In this document: positions 43,659 to 52,456 of the stretch, one piece after another
How positions within the stretch are numbered: the first letter of the stretch is position 1
How the letters are laid out: every line of letters starts with the position of its first letter
NCBI GenBank assembly: GCA_002682945.1
Contig: NYSL01000018.1
Coordinates: 1,570-65,569 of the forward strand
Length of the DNA: 64,000 nucleotides
DNA from: Cryomorphaceae bacterium
GTDB lineage: Bacteria; Bacteroidota; Bacteroidia; Flavobacteriales; Schleiferiaceae
Direction: 5' to 3'
The notes under the pieces: generated by a model
The model's database searches: none
What the model saw: the letters and a program-made list of their open reading frames with translations, nothing else
What the model was told of the DNA's origin: nothing
Program-made: the position numbers and the translations under genes

Positions 43659-44912
43659 TTATTTTAATTTTCTATCTGATTTAGAGACCAACACTCTTCC
43701 AATGCGATGAGTTCCCATAGTTTCGATTGTAAATTCCCAGTCCTCAATAATAACAGATTCTCCCACTGAAGGAAGATGACCTATTTGAGATCCTATTAGA
43801 CCTGCAAGGGTAGAATAAGATTCATTTTCTGGCCAATCAAAAGAGTAATTTGAATTTAAATAATTTACTTCCAAAGACGCATCAAGCCTCCACAAATTAT
43901 CACCAATTTCTTCTTCTACGCTCTTATCATGATCATGCTCGTCATCAATTTCTCCAAAAAGTTCCTCTACAACATCCTCCAAGGTAATTATTCCAGTTAA
44001 AGACCCTAATTCATCAACCACTGATGCCATACTTCTTTTTTCACGAATTAACATTTTAAATACTTCTTGAGCACTCATTGTTTCGGGAAGAAATGAAAGA
44101 GGAGTTAATATAAACGCCAATCGCTTAGGACGACGGAACAATCCAAACGCATGAACATAAGCGAAAGCATCATCGATATTATCTCGATATACAACTAGTT
44201 TACTTAATCCCGTTTCAATAAATTTATTTCTTAGTTCACTCATCCCTATTGAGTTTGGAACTGCCATTATTTCTGTTCGGGGGACCATACATGAGCGAAT
44301 TTTTGTATCACCAAAATCTAAGGCATTTTTAAATAATTCTACCTCAGTATCAACATTTTTAGAACCGATACCATCATCCAAGTAGTCATCGAGGTCTGCT
44401 CTTCCAAAAAGAATAGGATCATATTCTTTCTGATCACCCTTAACCTTTTTAGGCATCAGAAATCGACTCATACCAGTTAAAATTGTTACAATTGGCCAGA
44501 AAAGAAAATAAAAAAAAATTAAAGGCAGAATGAACCAATTTAGAGATTCATTTGATCGATTTCTAAAAAATGCCTTGGGCAAAAATTCTGCGAGAAATAA
44601 AACAACAAAAGTGGAAATAACAGTTTCTATTATAACCGCAAAAGCTGGACTTAAAAATTTCATAAAAAAAGGATCCAATAAAGTCGCAGTTTTTAATCCC
44701 ACAAATACAAGAGAGATTGTATTACCCATGAGCATAGCGCCAATAAAATTTGAAGGTTTAGATATTAGAAAAGCCAACCACGACGCAAAAACTCCCCCTC
44801 TCTTTGATTCAATTTTAACCTGTAGTCTACTTGCACTTAAGAATGCTAATTCCATTCCAGAAAAAAAAGCTGAGAGAATCAGGGCAAATAATAACTGTAT
44901 GAAATCAATCAT
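43659..44912 (-). CDS. CNNM/hemolysin-family membrane protein (DUF21, CBS pair, CorC_HlyC), GldE-like
   Basis: 417 aa with 4 N-terminal TM segments, a CBS-pair region and a C-terminal CorC/HlyC-like domain. Confidence 0.85.
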   Translation of the reverse strand: MIDFIQLLFALILSAFFSGMELAFLSASRLQVKIESKRGGVFASWLAFLISKPSNFIGAMLMGNTISLVFVGLKTATLLDPFFMKFLSPAFAVIIETVISTFVVLFLAEFLPKAFFRNRSNESLNWFILPLIFFYFLFWPIVTILTGMSRFLMPKKVKGDQKEYDPILFGRADLDDYLDDGIGSKNVDTEVELFKNALDFGDTKIRSCMVPRTEIMAVPNSIGMSELRNKFIETGLSKLVVYRDNIDDAFAYVHAFGLFRRPKRLAFILTPLSFLPETMSAQEVFKMLIREKRSMASVVDELGSLTGIITLEDVVEELFGEIDDEHDHDKSVEEEIGDNLWRLDASLEVNYLNSNYSFDWPENESYSTLAGLIGSQIGHLPSVGESVIIEDWEFTIETMGTHRIGRVLVSKSDRKLK

Positions 44913-45145
44913 TTTTGATTATCTATTTCATTTTTACTGGATCTCCAACGAGCCTCCATTTTTTTTCTTTGAGTCCTTCTTAATTTAAACATGAAAATAC
45001 CGAGTAGAAAAAAAATCACAAAAATATAGGCCTTTTCACGATTTTCATTCCATTGACTAAAAATCGTTTCCAGAGATAAAGTTGATATTACCAACCAGAC
45101 CCATTCGACGGCTTTTAATGATTTACGACCAAAATTTGATTTCAT
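44909..45145 (-). CDS. Small two-TM membrane protein, hypothetical
   Basis: 78 aa. Both ends overlap the neighbouring genes by 4 nt (ATGA). It has two hydrophobic segments and a basic tail. Confidence 0.55.
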   Translation of the reverse strand: MKSNFGRKSLKAVEWVWLVISTLSLETIFSQWNENREKAYIFVIFFLLGIFMFKLRRTQRKKMEARWRSSKNEIDNQK

Positions 45146-45732
45146 TTCAAATCTTTTTTTCTGCTAAAATGTCCCTTCACTTCGAATATGCTGTATTCTG
45201 AAAGGTCCTCTTCTGACCTCAGACCCATTCCGACTATTTCTTCTCCATCTTGAATTATTTTCACTCTAGAGTCAGTGTAAAATATTTTTTTATCCCTATC
45301 CCAAAATAATTTTTCAGTATGTAAAGTATTTCCACCTTTCTTGGATACGATAACATCTCCAGTCAAGGTCCATAACTCTTTCTTTATGTCATTTAGAGCA
45401 TTCACAGCTTCTAAAAATCCTGATTTTTCTCCATTTTCGTTGAGAATTTGAACACGAAGGTTTTTGGAAAACTCTTGTCGAGGGAAGTCCTTTAAATCAC
45501 TGTAATCTTTTAATTGACCGGCATGAATAACTAGCTTCACTATACCGCTATCAGAATAGGAAATCTTAGCACCTTCTTGCTCGATAATTGGTAAACTATT
45601 CCTTTCTATATTTTTCGTCTTGAAACCAACCTCATTTGAACAGCCATTAAAAATGAACCAAATTAGAAAATAAATAATGCAAAATTCTTTGGTTAATCTA
45701 TTCCATCTTTGAAAAAAAATACTAGAACGCAA
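45142..45732 (-). CDS. lptC: LptC-like LPS-export periplasmic protein (lipoprotein form)
   Basis: 196 aa with a lipobox-like FNGC. The LptC-type beta-jellyroll pattern is present: ...LTGDVIVS....LHTEKLFWDRDKKIFYTDS.V.I....I.G.G. Confidence 0.7.
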   Translation of the reverse strand: MRSSIFFQRWNRLTKEFCIIYFLIWFIFNGCSNEVGFKTKNIERNSLPIIEQEGAKISYSDSGIVKLVIHAGQLKDYSDLKDFPRQEFSKNLRVQILNENGEKSGFLEAVNALNDIKKELWTLTGDVIVSKKGGNTLHTEKLFWDRDKKIFYTDSRVKIIQDGEEIVGMGLRSEEDLSEYSIFEVKGHFSRKKDLK

Positions 45733-47131
45733 CTCTTACTGTTTCATTAATCCAACAGGGTATTCTGTAAGAATCTCCTTCTTTATAACCGAATTGAAAA
45801 GATATAGATTTGTCAGGGAATCCATTTCGGTAATTCACTATGGCTTTATTCGCACGATTTGAAATTTCAGGATCTAACTGCTTTGCTTTATTTAACTTGT
45901 TCACTGCAGCCCAATACACGGCATTTTTCTCAAATACATTATTCCCACAAGTTCCTGCTGCTTGAGCATAAATACTTGCCCATACCAAATAAATCTCTCC
46001 CGAGGATTTGTTTAAACGCGATGCACTAACTATTTGCTTTTTAGCAGAGGGTAGGTTACCAATTTTTTGATTTATAACTGCAATTCGCATATGATCTCTG
46101 GATTTTTTTATTGGATCTACCTCGCCTTCAATGGCAATGGCAAAGTACTTTATCGCTTCTTCCCATTTTTCCTTCTTTATACTCAATACGCCCATGGATC
46201 GCGCAGATTGGGGAGATGGATCTAAATCATATAAAGACTCAGCAATTTGAAAATATATTGGATTGTCTGTGCAATCCGTCAATCCTGTTGAGTCTACTCG
46301 CTCTTTAGAGAGCATTTTCTCTGCTCTCCTAAGCCAAGAGGCATCATCCGCATGAGAAATCAAATTATCCTCATTGTAGATTAAGGATAAACGATCGCAA
46401 GTCAACAAAGGAGCTATCTTTTTTTCAATATTTGAAAATAATTTATTTACCTGATTTAGTCTCTTTTTATCTGTGCTCAAGATTCTTTTTTCTTTCGAAG
46501 AAATTGTTCCCAAAGTATCCTTTTCTGTGAGTAAAGTAATTCTCTGGTTCCACTTATTTGTCTGAGCTTCAGCCGATTCCCCTACCATACTATACCCATT
46601 TAATAATCCCTCTGTATCTAGACTATCTACCTTGTAAAGCTTAATGACAGTATTGAAATATTTATTGAGGTAAGCCGTTTGAACTGCCCCCGGGTCCAGG
46701 TTCAAAGCAATATTAAACATTTTATAGGCCTCATAATATTTATCAGGGTAAAATCTATAAAAATCGTAAGCCTTTTTTGCTAAAACCGATGCCTCTTTCC
46801 CTGGAAAATATCTATTGTAGTCATCATGAACCTTTAGAAGTAATAAAATCAATTCATCTCTTTTAATTACGTCCTTGGTTGCTTTAATCTTGGCATCCAC
46901 AATTTTAGGACCGATTTTATAGATAACCTCTTTCGCCTGCGGGCAAGTATTGTAAACAAATAGCCAGGGTTCGAAAGCTGCCTCATATGATCTTCCATTA
47001 TACAGCGAGCCAAAATTATTATAATTTTCATAACACCTAATGCTGTCCGCATCAGTGCTTCCCCATTTAGATTCTTGGGCAAAGCAAGAAAATGTTAGAA
47101 TAAAAGAAATTAATGTAAAAAAGTATTTCAT
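45722..47131 (-). CDS. TPR-like repeat protein with a signal/lipoprotein peptide, hypothetical
   Basis: The likely start is MKYFFTLISFILTFSCFAQ at 47131; the ORF track extends to 47170. The protein is helical-repeat-rich. Confidence 0.7.
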   Translation of the reverse strand: MKYFFTLISFILTFSCFAQESKWGSTDADSIRCYENYNNFGSLYNGRSYEAAFEPWLFVYNTCPQAKEVIYKIGPKIVDAKIKATKDVIKRDELILLLLKVHDDYNRYFPGKEASVLAKKAYDFYRFYPDKYYEAYKMFNIALNLDPGAVQTAYLNKYFNTVIKLYKVDSLDTEGLLNGYSMVGESAEAQTNKWNQRITLLTEKDTLGTISSKEKRILSTDKKRLNQVNKLFSNIEKKIAPLLTCDRLSLIYNEDNLISHADDASWLRRAEKMLSKERVDSTGLTDCTDNPIYFQIAESLYDLDPSPQSARSMGVLSIKKEKWEEAIKYFAIAIEGEVDPIKKSRDHMRIAVINQKIGNLPSAKKQIVSASRLNKSSGEIYLVWASIYAQAAGTCGNNVFEKNAVYWAAVNKLNKAKQLDPEISNRANKAIVNYRNGFPDKSISFQFGYKEGDSYRIPCWINETVRVAF

Positions 47132-47135
47132 GAAA

Positions 47136-48464
47136 TTATCGATATTTAAACTTAAGAAACCATTGATCATTCAGGGTTACCCCAAAAAGAGCTTTTACTG
47201 AGAATTCATTTATAATATTCATACTGCCAGATCCTAAATTACCCATTTGAATTCCAAAGTGCAGTGTTGCAAATTTTATATCTCCTGGAAGAACCGAAGA
47301 TCCTCCAAGTGGTATACCTAAACCTAAAGTAGCTTCCCAAGCTGTAATTGGCAGCCGTTCAATAATTAAGCCAGTATTTCCCGTACGAAAAGATGCCCGG
47401 TAAGCCATTTGTGAAGATTTAGATTTATATCTCCGCTTAGGAAATGCCAAAAATGGCGTTAGAGAGGTAGATACAGACATAAAGCGACTAGATTCTTGAA
47501 AAGGACCAATATTTGGGCTATTGCCCGACCAAAAGTCACGCAATTTCGTTTGTGCTGATGTTTTATATTGGAGTGAAAATGACCATGCTGGTAATAGAAT
47601 CCCGGAGACTCGTTTTTCATAATGAATTCCTAGGCCTAAACTAGATGGAATAGTAATATTACCTATTGGCTGGTTTAAGAACAATATGGTGTCTATTGGG
47701 TTTTCAGAACCAGATGAACTCGGAAGATAGGTGATACTTGTATTCTGGTATGATGATGAAACATCCTGACTAGGGGAAAAAGAAACTCCAAAATTTAAAA
47801 CATTACCAGCCATTGATAAACTCAATATCGTACCTATATCATATGACCAACCATTGACTAAAAGTCTTTCTTTATTTGACACTGGGTTAAACGAATTATT
47901 CTCAAAAATCATTCTCACTCGTTTATCTAATGAACCAAACAAATAATTCATATTTATTCCGAAACTTAAAAATTTCAAAGGTTTATAACCAAAACCAAAA
48001 TGAGACTTGTTAATACCACCGCTTCCATCAAAAATTTGGACAAAATTTCCAAAATTTTGATCCACTCCGTCGCTTCGCATTTGATATCCAACTTGAGTTA
48101 ATGGGCTTATTCCTGCAGAAACTCCTAACCCCTTAGCCAAGGGTAATGCTACTCCCATACTCCGAAATCCCCCCGTGCTATTCCAAATACCATCATTGTT
48201 AGTAGATTGATATATGGCGCTGTAGGATCCTCCTAGGTCTAAAGTGGTGTATTTTATTTGTGCATAGCTAGCTGGCTGATCAGTATTGACAAAAAGATTT
48301 GAATTATTAGCAACCTGAGTTCCACCACGAATCTGTCCGTAAGAAAATGAAGAAGTTTGAACTTGCCCCAATCCAAATAAAGAATACGGACTAACTCCAC
48401 TACTTTGAGCTGCCACTTGGTAAGGCAACATCACAAGAAAAATGATTTTACTGATTCTTTTCAT
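47136..48464 (-). CDS. Putative outer-membrane beta-barrel protein, hypothetical
   Basis: Signal peptide MKRISKIIFLVMLPYQVAAQ, an SPYSLFGLGQ N-terminal motif, and alternating Gly/aromatic-rich beta-strand pattern throughout. Confidence 0.65.
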   Translation of the reverse strand: MKRISKIIFLVMLPYQVAAQSSGVSPYSLFGLGQVQTSSFSYGQIRGGTQVANNSNLFVNTDQPASYAQIKYTTLDLGGSYSAIYQSTNNDGIWNSTGGFRSMGVALPLAKGLGVSAGISPLTQVGYQMRSDGVDQNFGNFVQIFDGSGGINKSHFGFGYKPLKFLSFGINMNYLFGSLDKRVRMIFENNSFNPVSNKERLLVNGWSYDIGTILSLSMAGNVLNFGVSFSPSQDVSSSYQNTSITYLPSSSGSENPIDTILFLNQPIGNITIPSSLGLGIHYEKRVSGILLPAWSFSLQYKTSAQTKLRDFWSGNSPNIGPFQESSRFMSVSTSLTPFLAFPKRRYKSKSSQMAYRASFRTGNTGLIIERLPITAWEATLGLGIPLGGSSVLPGDIKFATLHFGIQMGNLGSGSMNIINEFSVKALFGVTLNDQWFLKFKYR

Positions 48465-49155
48465 AACTCCATTGAGCAAAAAGTCCCATTGCTTCTAAAT
48501 TTGGATTGGCAAAGATGCTATATTCCAATGACTCTGCAAAAGCCGGACCATCTCCTCCAGTTACAAAAATTTGAACATCGGGGTCAACGCGTTTATAAAG
48601 ACTAATCCTGTGCTGAATTTCAAATAACATACCCTCATAAGCCCCTTTTTGCATGCTAGTTTCTGTATTGGAGGTATGTTGAGATACTTTTTTCTTGTAG
48701 TCAGGCTCTAAAAGAGGTAGTGAACTTGTGTAATCGCTCATAGACTTCATTCTCATCGACAGACCTGGCGAAATTGCACCGCCTTGAAAACTATTATTAG
48801 CATTTAAATAGGAAAATGTTAGGCACGTACCACATGAAATAACTAGCAGTGATTTCTTTTTTGAGATAACCCTTGCTCCGGTTACGCCAGCAAGTCTATC
48901 GACGCCAACATTTTTTGAGTAATTAATTTCTATCGGCCACTTAGAAGTCGAAAAAACTTCATGCCAATTTTTGGGTATGACTTCAAAATTCCTGGATGTA
49001 TTACAATAACGAATATCTTGAAAATCCTTAGACAAGAATTTATGAATTAAATCAAGGTTAAATTCATTCCAAGAATTAGATTCGATGATATTGGCTTTAA
49101 TGTCCATTACAGACAACTTCGTACGAGTGTTTCCCTTTTCAACTATTGCAATCAC
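48448..49155 (-). CDS. coaX: Type III pantothenate kinase
   Basis: 235 aa with a GTG start, ...EKGNTRTK... (the DxGNT-type motif), VGVDRLAG, and a C-terminal TGG. Confidence 0.85.
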   Translation of the reverse strand: MIAIVEKGNTRTKLSVMDIKANIIESNSWNEFNLDLIHKFLSKDFQDIRYCNTSRNFEVIPKNWHEVFSTSKWPIEINYSKNVGVDRLAGVTGARVISKKKSLLVISCGTCLTFSYLNANNSFQGGAISPGLSMRMKSMSDYTSSLPLLEPDYKKKVSQHTSNTETSMQKGAYEGMLFEIQHRISLYKRVDPDVQIFVTGGDGPAFAESLEYSIFANPNLEAMGLFAQWSYEKNQ

Positions 49156-49279
49156 AAAACAAATTTATGATTCAAAAAATACCTATAATTTTTTTTAGAA
49201 AAAATATTTCTAATCGAAAAGGCTAAAAAAAAATGATAGAAATAATTTTCCGCTTTAACTTCGCGCCACTTTAATAATT

Positions 49280-49352
49280 GGTTCGGTAGCTCAGTTGGTA
49301 GAGCAATGGACTGAAAATCCATGTGTCGGCGGTTCAATCCCGCCCCGAACCA
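49280..49352 (+). tRNA. tRNA-Phe (anticodon GAA)
   Basis: Hand-folded cloverleaf. Acceptor GGTTCGG/CCGAACC, D stem GCTC/GAGC, anticodon stem ATGGA/TCCAT with loop CTGAAAA, T stem GGCGG/CCGCC with loop TTCAATC. 73 nt; CCA is not encoded. Confidence 0.95.
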
Positions 49353-49363
49353 CTTGAAAATAG

Positions 49364-49391
49364 ACCCTCCATTACTGGGGGGTTTATTTTT
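49364..49391 (+). terminator. Rho-independent terminator after tRNA-Phe
   Basis: Stem ACCCTCC (49364-49370) / GGGGGGT (49377-49383) with one G-U pair and a 6-nt loop, followed by TTATTTTT. Confidence 0.6.
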
Positions 49392-49453
49392 AAATTTAAG
49401 TTTGTACTTCAATTTAGAAAAAATAAATATGTTCAAATCTCATATAACTAATT

Positions 49454-49579
49454 ATGAATCGTATAAAATATTATCTACTTCAATTAAAAAATGTCAATTT
49501 TAAAAATATTTTTCTTAACTGGTTTGCTCTATTTCTTGCAACCATTGGAAGTTTGGTGACATTTTGGGTTGCCATATGA
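49454..49579 (+). CDS. Possible 41-aa single-TM peptide (not in the ORF track)
   Basis: My own translation gives MNRIKYYLLQLKNVNFKNIFLNWFALFLATIGSLVTFWVAI. Its stop overlaps the ATG at 49576 of the next ORF (ATATGA). There is no other support. Confidence 0.2.
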   Translation: MNRIKYYLLQLKNVNFKNIFLNWFALFLATIGSLVTFWVAI

Positions 49580-49902
49580 AGAAAAAATATGTCTGGGCCA
49601 TCAGCTTTTTTTTCTTTGTATTTCATCAAATTGCGATCAAATACAATTTTTCTAATCCGCTTCTGGATTCGTGGCTTGACCCACTTCTTTTTATTCCAGT
49701 TTTAATTGGGGGAATTGAGATTTTTCTCAAATCATTACGTGATGACTTCACACTAAAACCAATTTTTATTTATTCATTTGCAATAGTTTCAGTAATTCTT
49801 TTCGAAATTATAATTCCTTCCTTCGACGATCGTTTTACAACTGATCTATTCGATTGTTTCGCCATTTTTACAGGAACTTTTATTTATATAAAGAGCAATT
49901 AA
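49576..49902 (+). CDS. Small polytopic membrane protein, hypothetical
   Basis: MKKKYVWAISFFFFVF... has 3-4 hydrophobic segments. The ATG at 49576 is preferred over the ORF-track TTG at 49564. Confidence 0.55.
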   Translation: MKKKYVWAISFFFFVFHQIAIKYNFSNPLLDSWLDPLLFIPVLIGGIEIFLKSLRDDFTLKPIFIYSFAIVSVILFEIIIPSFDDRFTTDLFDCFAIFTGTFIYIKSN

Positions 49903-49944
49903 TTTAGATCGCAATCTAAAAATGGCAACATTTTAATTGAAAAA

Positions 49945-51453
49945 CTAACTTATTATTTCTCCTGTTTCTATAAAATGCTTGCATGCTAAATATACACCCA
50001 GAGACCAGCCTGAACTGGTTTTCATTTGTTCAGAATTATCAAAATCTGAGTCGTATTTTTTAGGAAAGCTCTTATATTTCTTAAAATATGCATCGCAATT
50101 ACTTGTGTAACATTGTGCTATTTTCTTTGCTAATTTCTCGTTTCCCGCTCTGTAAGAGCCAGCAATGCAGGCCCATTGTACAGGTGGATAAATATTTGGG
50201 AAATCCCAATTTTGTCCAGAATTAATAAGGCTCGTTAATACTCCTCCTTTCGAAAGATAATTCAGTTCTAAAATCTCCAATATCCTGTCTATCTGCTTTA
50301 TTCCCGGTGCACCAATCCAAAGTGGATAAAACATTGCTGAACTTAAATGATCATTTCTGCCAATTCCATCTAGATCAATGTCAGTATACGTCTCGCCATT
50401 CCAAAACAAAGTATTTAGTGCTGATCTGCGTTCTCGAACTCGCGCACTCCATTGATTCTTTTCAGCAGGAAATGCTTTCCCTAAGGCAAATTCTAGGTGA
50501 GACAAAAGAGCATTGAGCTCAATAGGAATTATATGAGCTGTTTTTAATGAAGTCAAATCCGTTGAATCTGACATCCACCGGCTACTAAATTCCCATCCTG
50601 ATTCTTTGGCTGAAGATAAATGTTCTAATATTTCTTCTTCTGAAACTCCTTTTTTCACAGCAGATTGAATCAAATCAGAGTACTTATCAATAACCTCTTC
50701 ATTCTTAGTTGATTGGTCATTCCAATATCGATTTAGAACATAACCCTTTACCTTTACAACTCTGCGATAGGCAAACCCGTCTGCAGCCTCCACATCAGCG
50801 CCTTCCATCCAAAACTGATACTCTCTTCGAAATGCAAGAGCATAATCCTGCCATTCCGCCCACCCTTTGTTCACGATTAAGGATACCATCATAGAAAAAT
50901 ATGGAGGTTGAGAACTAGACATTGAGTAATAGCGACATTTACTAGGGATTAAACCGTGTTTTTCTAACAAATAGGCATAATTATTAACCATATCTATAGC
51001 CAGTTGCTTATTTCCAGAGATGACAAGTCCCAGTAAAATAAAATAACTTTCCCAATATGAAGACTCCGTATCACCTTCAGAGGGAACCAAATATGAATTT
51101 GGGAGAGGTATTCGACTACCAACCCATTTGGAATTATCTGGTGCTCTTTTCAAATTTGCCCAAAGTGACTGTGAAAAATCTAAAATGTTAGATTCAGTTT
51201 TAAGATCGTTTTTTACTTCAATTTCTTTATCAAAGCTTAAGTGCTCATTAATAAATCCATCAGATTTTCCTTTATAATTGGCCCAAGATTCTAGTATTTT
51301 TTTTATCCCCCCATTAGGCTTTGAATTACGCAACTTTTGGGGCTCAAATGATGAACCTTTTGAAATTAATTCCGAAATCATTTTTTCCCACAAACTTTGA
51401 TGATTTGGAATACTGGAGGTTAACTCCTTAAGGACTTGTGTATTCTTGTACAA
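49945..51453 (-). CDS. Trehalase-like glycoside hydrolase (GH37), apparently cytoplasmic
   Basis: 502 aa with no signal peptide. The blocks are SSYWESYF (compare YYWDSYF), SQPPYF, ESGWEFSSRW and QNWDFPNIYPP (compare QWDxPxxWxP). Confidence 0.8.
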   Translation of the reverse strand: MYKNTQVLKELTSSIPNHQSLWEKMISELISKGSSFEPQKLRNSKPNGGIKKILESWANYKGKSDGFINEHLSFDKEIEVKNDLKTESNILDFSQSLWANLKRAPDNSKWVGSRIPLPNSYLVPSEGDTESSYWESYFILLGLVISGNKQLAIDMVNNYAYLLEKHGLIPSKCRYYSMSSSQPPYFSMMVSLIVNKGWAEWQDYALAFRREYQFWMEGADVEAADGFAYRRVVKVKGYVLNRYWNDQSTKNEEVIDKYSDLIQSAVKKGVSEEEILEHLSSAKESGWEFSSRWMSDSTDLTSLKTAHIIPIELNALLSHLEFALGKAFPAEKNQWSARVRERRSALNTLFWNGETYTDIDLDGIGRNDHLSSAMFYPLWIGAPGIKQIDRILEILELNYLSKGGVLTSLINSGQNWDFPNIYPPVQWACIAGSYRAGNEKLAKKIAQCYTSNCDAYFKKYKSFPKKYDSDFDNSEQMKTSSGWSLGVYLACKHFIETGEIIS

Positions 51454-51588
51454 TTTTAAAATTTTCTAGATTTATTAATAAAAAATGAACTGGGAAAATG
51501 TTAAATTTTAAAATCTCCAAGTTCTAACGAATTTAGAGCGAATATACCAACTAATATTTAGTTCAAAATTTTATCACATAAAGTGTTG

Positions 51589-51623
51589 TATTTCAAATTT
51601 TTAATTCGCCAACATTTGAAATA
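51589..51623. promoter_or_regulatory. Perfect 10-bp inverted repeat in the divergent trehalase / regulator intergenic region (candidate operator)
   Basis: TATTTCAAAT (51589-51598), a 15-nt spacer, then ATTTGAAATA (51614-51623). The sequence is AT-rich, so a chance occurrence is possible. Confidence 0.25.
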
Positions 51624-51691
51624 TTTTAACATCAGTTATTGAAAAAATTATTTTAATTATTTTCCAAAAATTAGTTTAACTCGGAAAAGAA

Positions 51692-51722
51692 TTTGTTTTG
51701 GTAGATATCACCTTTACCTTTG
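51692..51722 (+). promoter_or_regulatory. Candidate Bacteroidota promoter (TTTG-N19-TACCTTTG) for the regulator-symporter pair
   Basis: TTTG at 51692-51695 and TACCTTTG at 51715-51722 match the -33/-7 consensus and its spacing. The -7 box covers the ORF-track TTG start at 51720, which argues for the ATG at 51732. Confidence 0.45.
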
Positions 51723-51731
51723 GCAGATAAC

Positions 51732-52445
51732 ATGAAAAGCATGTACGAAAAAGAACGAGCTAAATCTCTATCTCACTTTACATTTGGAATCTCAGTAGAT
51801 TGCGTAGTTTTTGGTTTTGATGGATCTGATGTAAAGGTTCTAGTGATAAAAAGAGGGACGGAGCCTTACAAAGACTTTCAAGCTATACCAGGAGACCTGG
51901 TTCATGAAAAAGAAGATCCCACAGACGCTACAAAGCGAGTTTTAAATGAACTAACTGGCTTAAAAGATATATACCTCGAGCAACTAAAGGCTTTTGCCGG
52001 AGTAAACAGACATCCACTAGGGCGAGTGGTAACACTTGCATATTACTCATTAATCAAAATTGAAGACTATAACCCCAAACCGTCTTCCTGGGCAATTGAT
52101 GCAACTTGGACTTCAATTCAAGACATCAGAGAAATGGCATTTGATCATTTTGAAATATTCACTTCAGCATTGAAAAGACTTCAAGAAAGAGTGCGCCTAA
52201 GACCTATTGGGTTCGAATTGCTGCCTGAAGAATTCACTCTTGCTGAGCTTCAGCACCTTTATGAAAAACTATTGAACCGAAATTTTGATAAAGCTAATTT
52301 TCGAAAAAAAATATTGAGTATGGATCTTCTAGTTCCATTAGAAAAAATGCAAAAAGCCGTCAGGCACCGACCTGCCAGGATGTACCGCTTTGATTCAGAC
52401 AGATATGCTTATTTGACCAAGAAAAATTTTCATTTTGAACTTTAA
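51732..52445 (+). CDS. Nudix-domain transcriptional regulator (NrtR/AraR-like, degenerate Nudix box plus C-terminal winged helix)
   Basis: Nudix fold (FGISVDCVVFGF...) with the box reading GDLVHEKEDPTDATKRVLNELTGL. The ~90-aa C-terminal domain (TLAELQHLYEKLL...NFRKK) is typical of NrtR-type regulators. Confidence 0.7.
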   Translation: MKSMYEKERAKSLSHFTFGISVDCVVFGFDGSDVKVLVIKRGTEPYKDFQAIPGDLVHEKEDPTDATKRVLNELTGLKDIYLEQLKAFAGVNRHPLGRVVTLAYYSLIKIEDYNPKPSSWAIDATWTSIQDIREMAFDHFEIFTSALKRLQERVRLRPIGFELLPEEFTLAELQHLYEKLLNRNFDKANFRKKILSMDLLVPLEKMQKAVRHRPARMYRFDSDRYAYLTKKNFHFEL

Positions 52446-52456
52446 CACAATCCATA

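Noticed and set aside
44530-44988. 152-aa plus-strand ORF
   Set aside because: It is antisense to the N-terminal DUF21 membrane domain of the CNNM/GldE-like gene and to the 78-aa ORF. Its composition reflects the complement of hydrophobic codons.
49152-49436. 94-aa minus-strand ORF
   Set aside because: It runs straight through the well-folded tRNA-Phe gene (49280-49352) and its terminator, so it is spurious.
49903-49920. Hairpin TTTAGAT-CGCA-ATCTAAA between the convergent hypothetical gene and trehalase gene, considered as a bidirectional terminator
   Set aside because: The stem is a 7-bp AT-rich one with no flanking T-run on either strand, too weak to call.
49353-51453. Possible genomic island integrated at tRNA-Phe
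   Set aside because: No integrase, no repeat of the tRNA 3' end, and no obvious compositional break are visible. The downstream genes look like ordinary metabolic genes.
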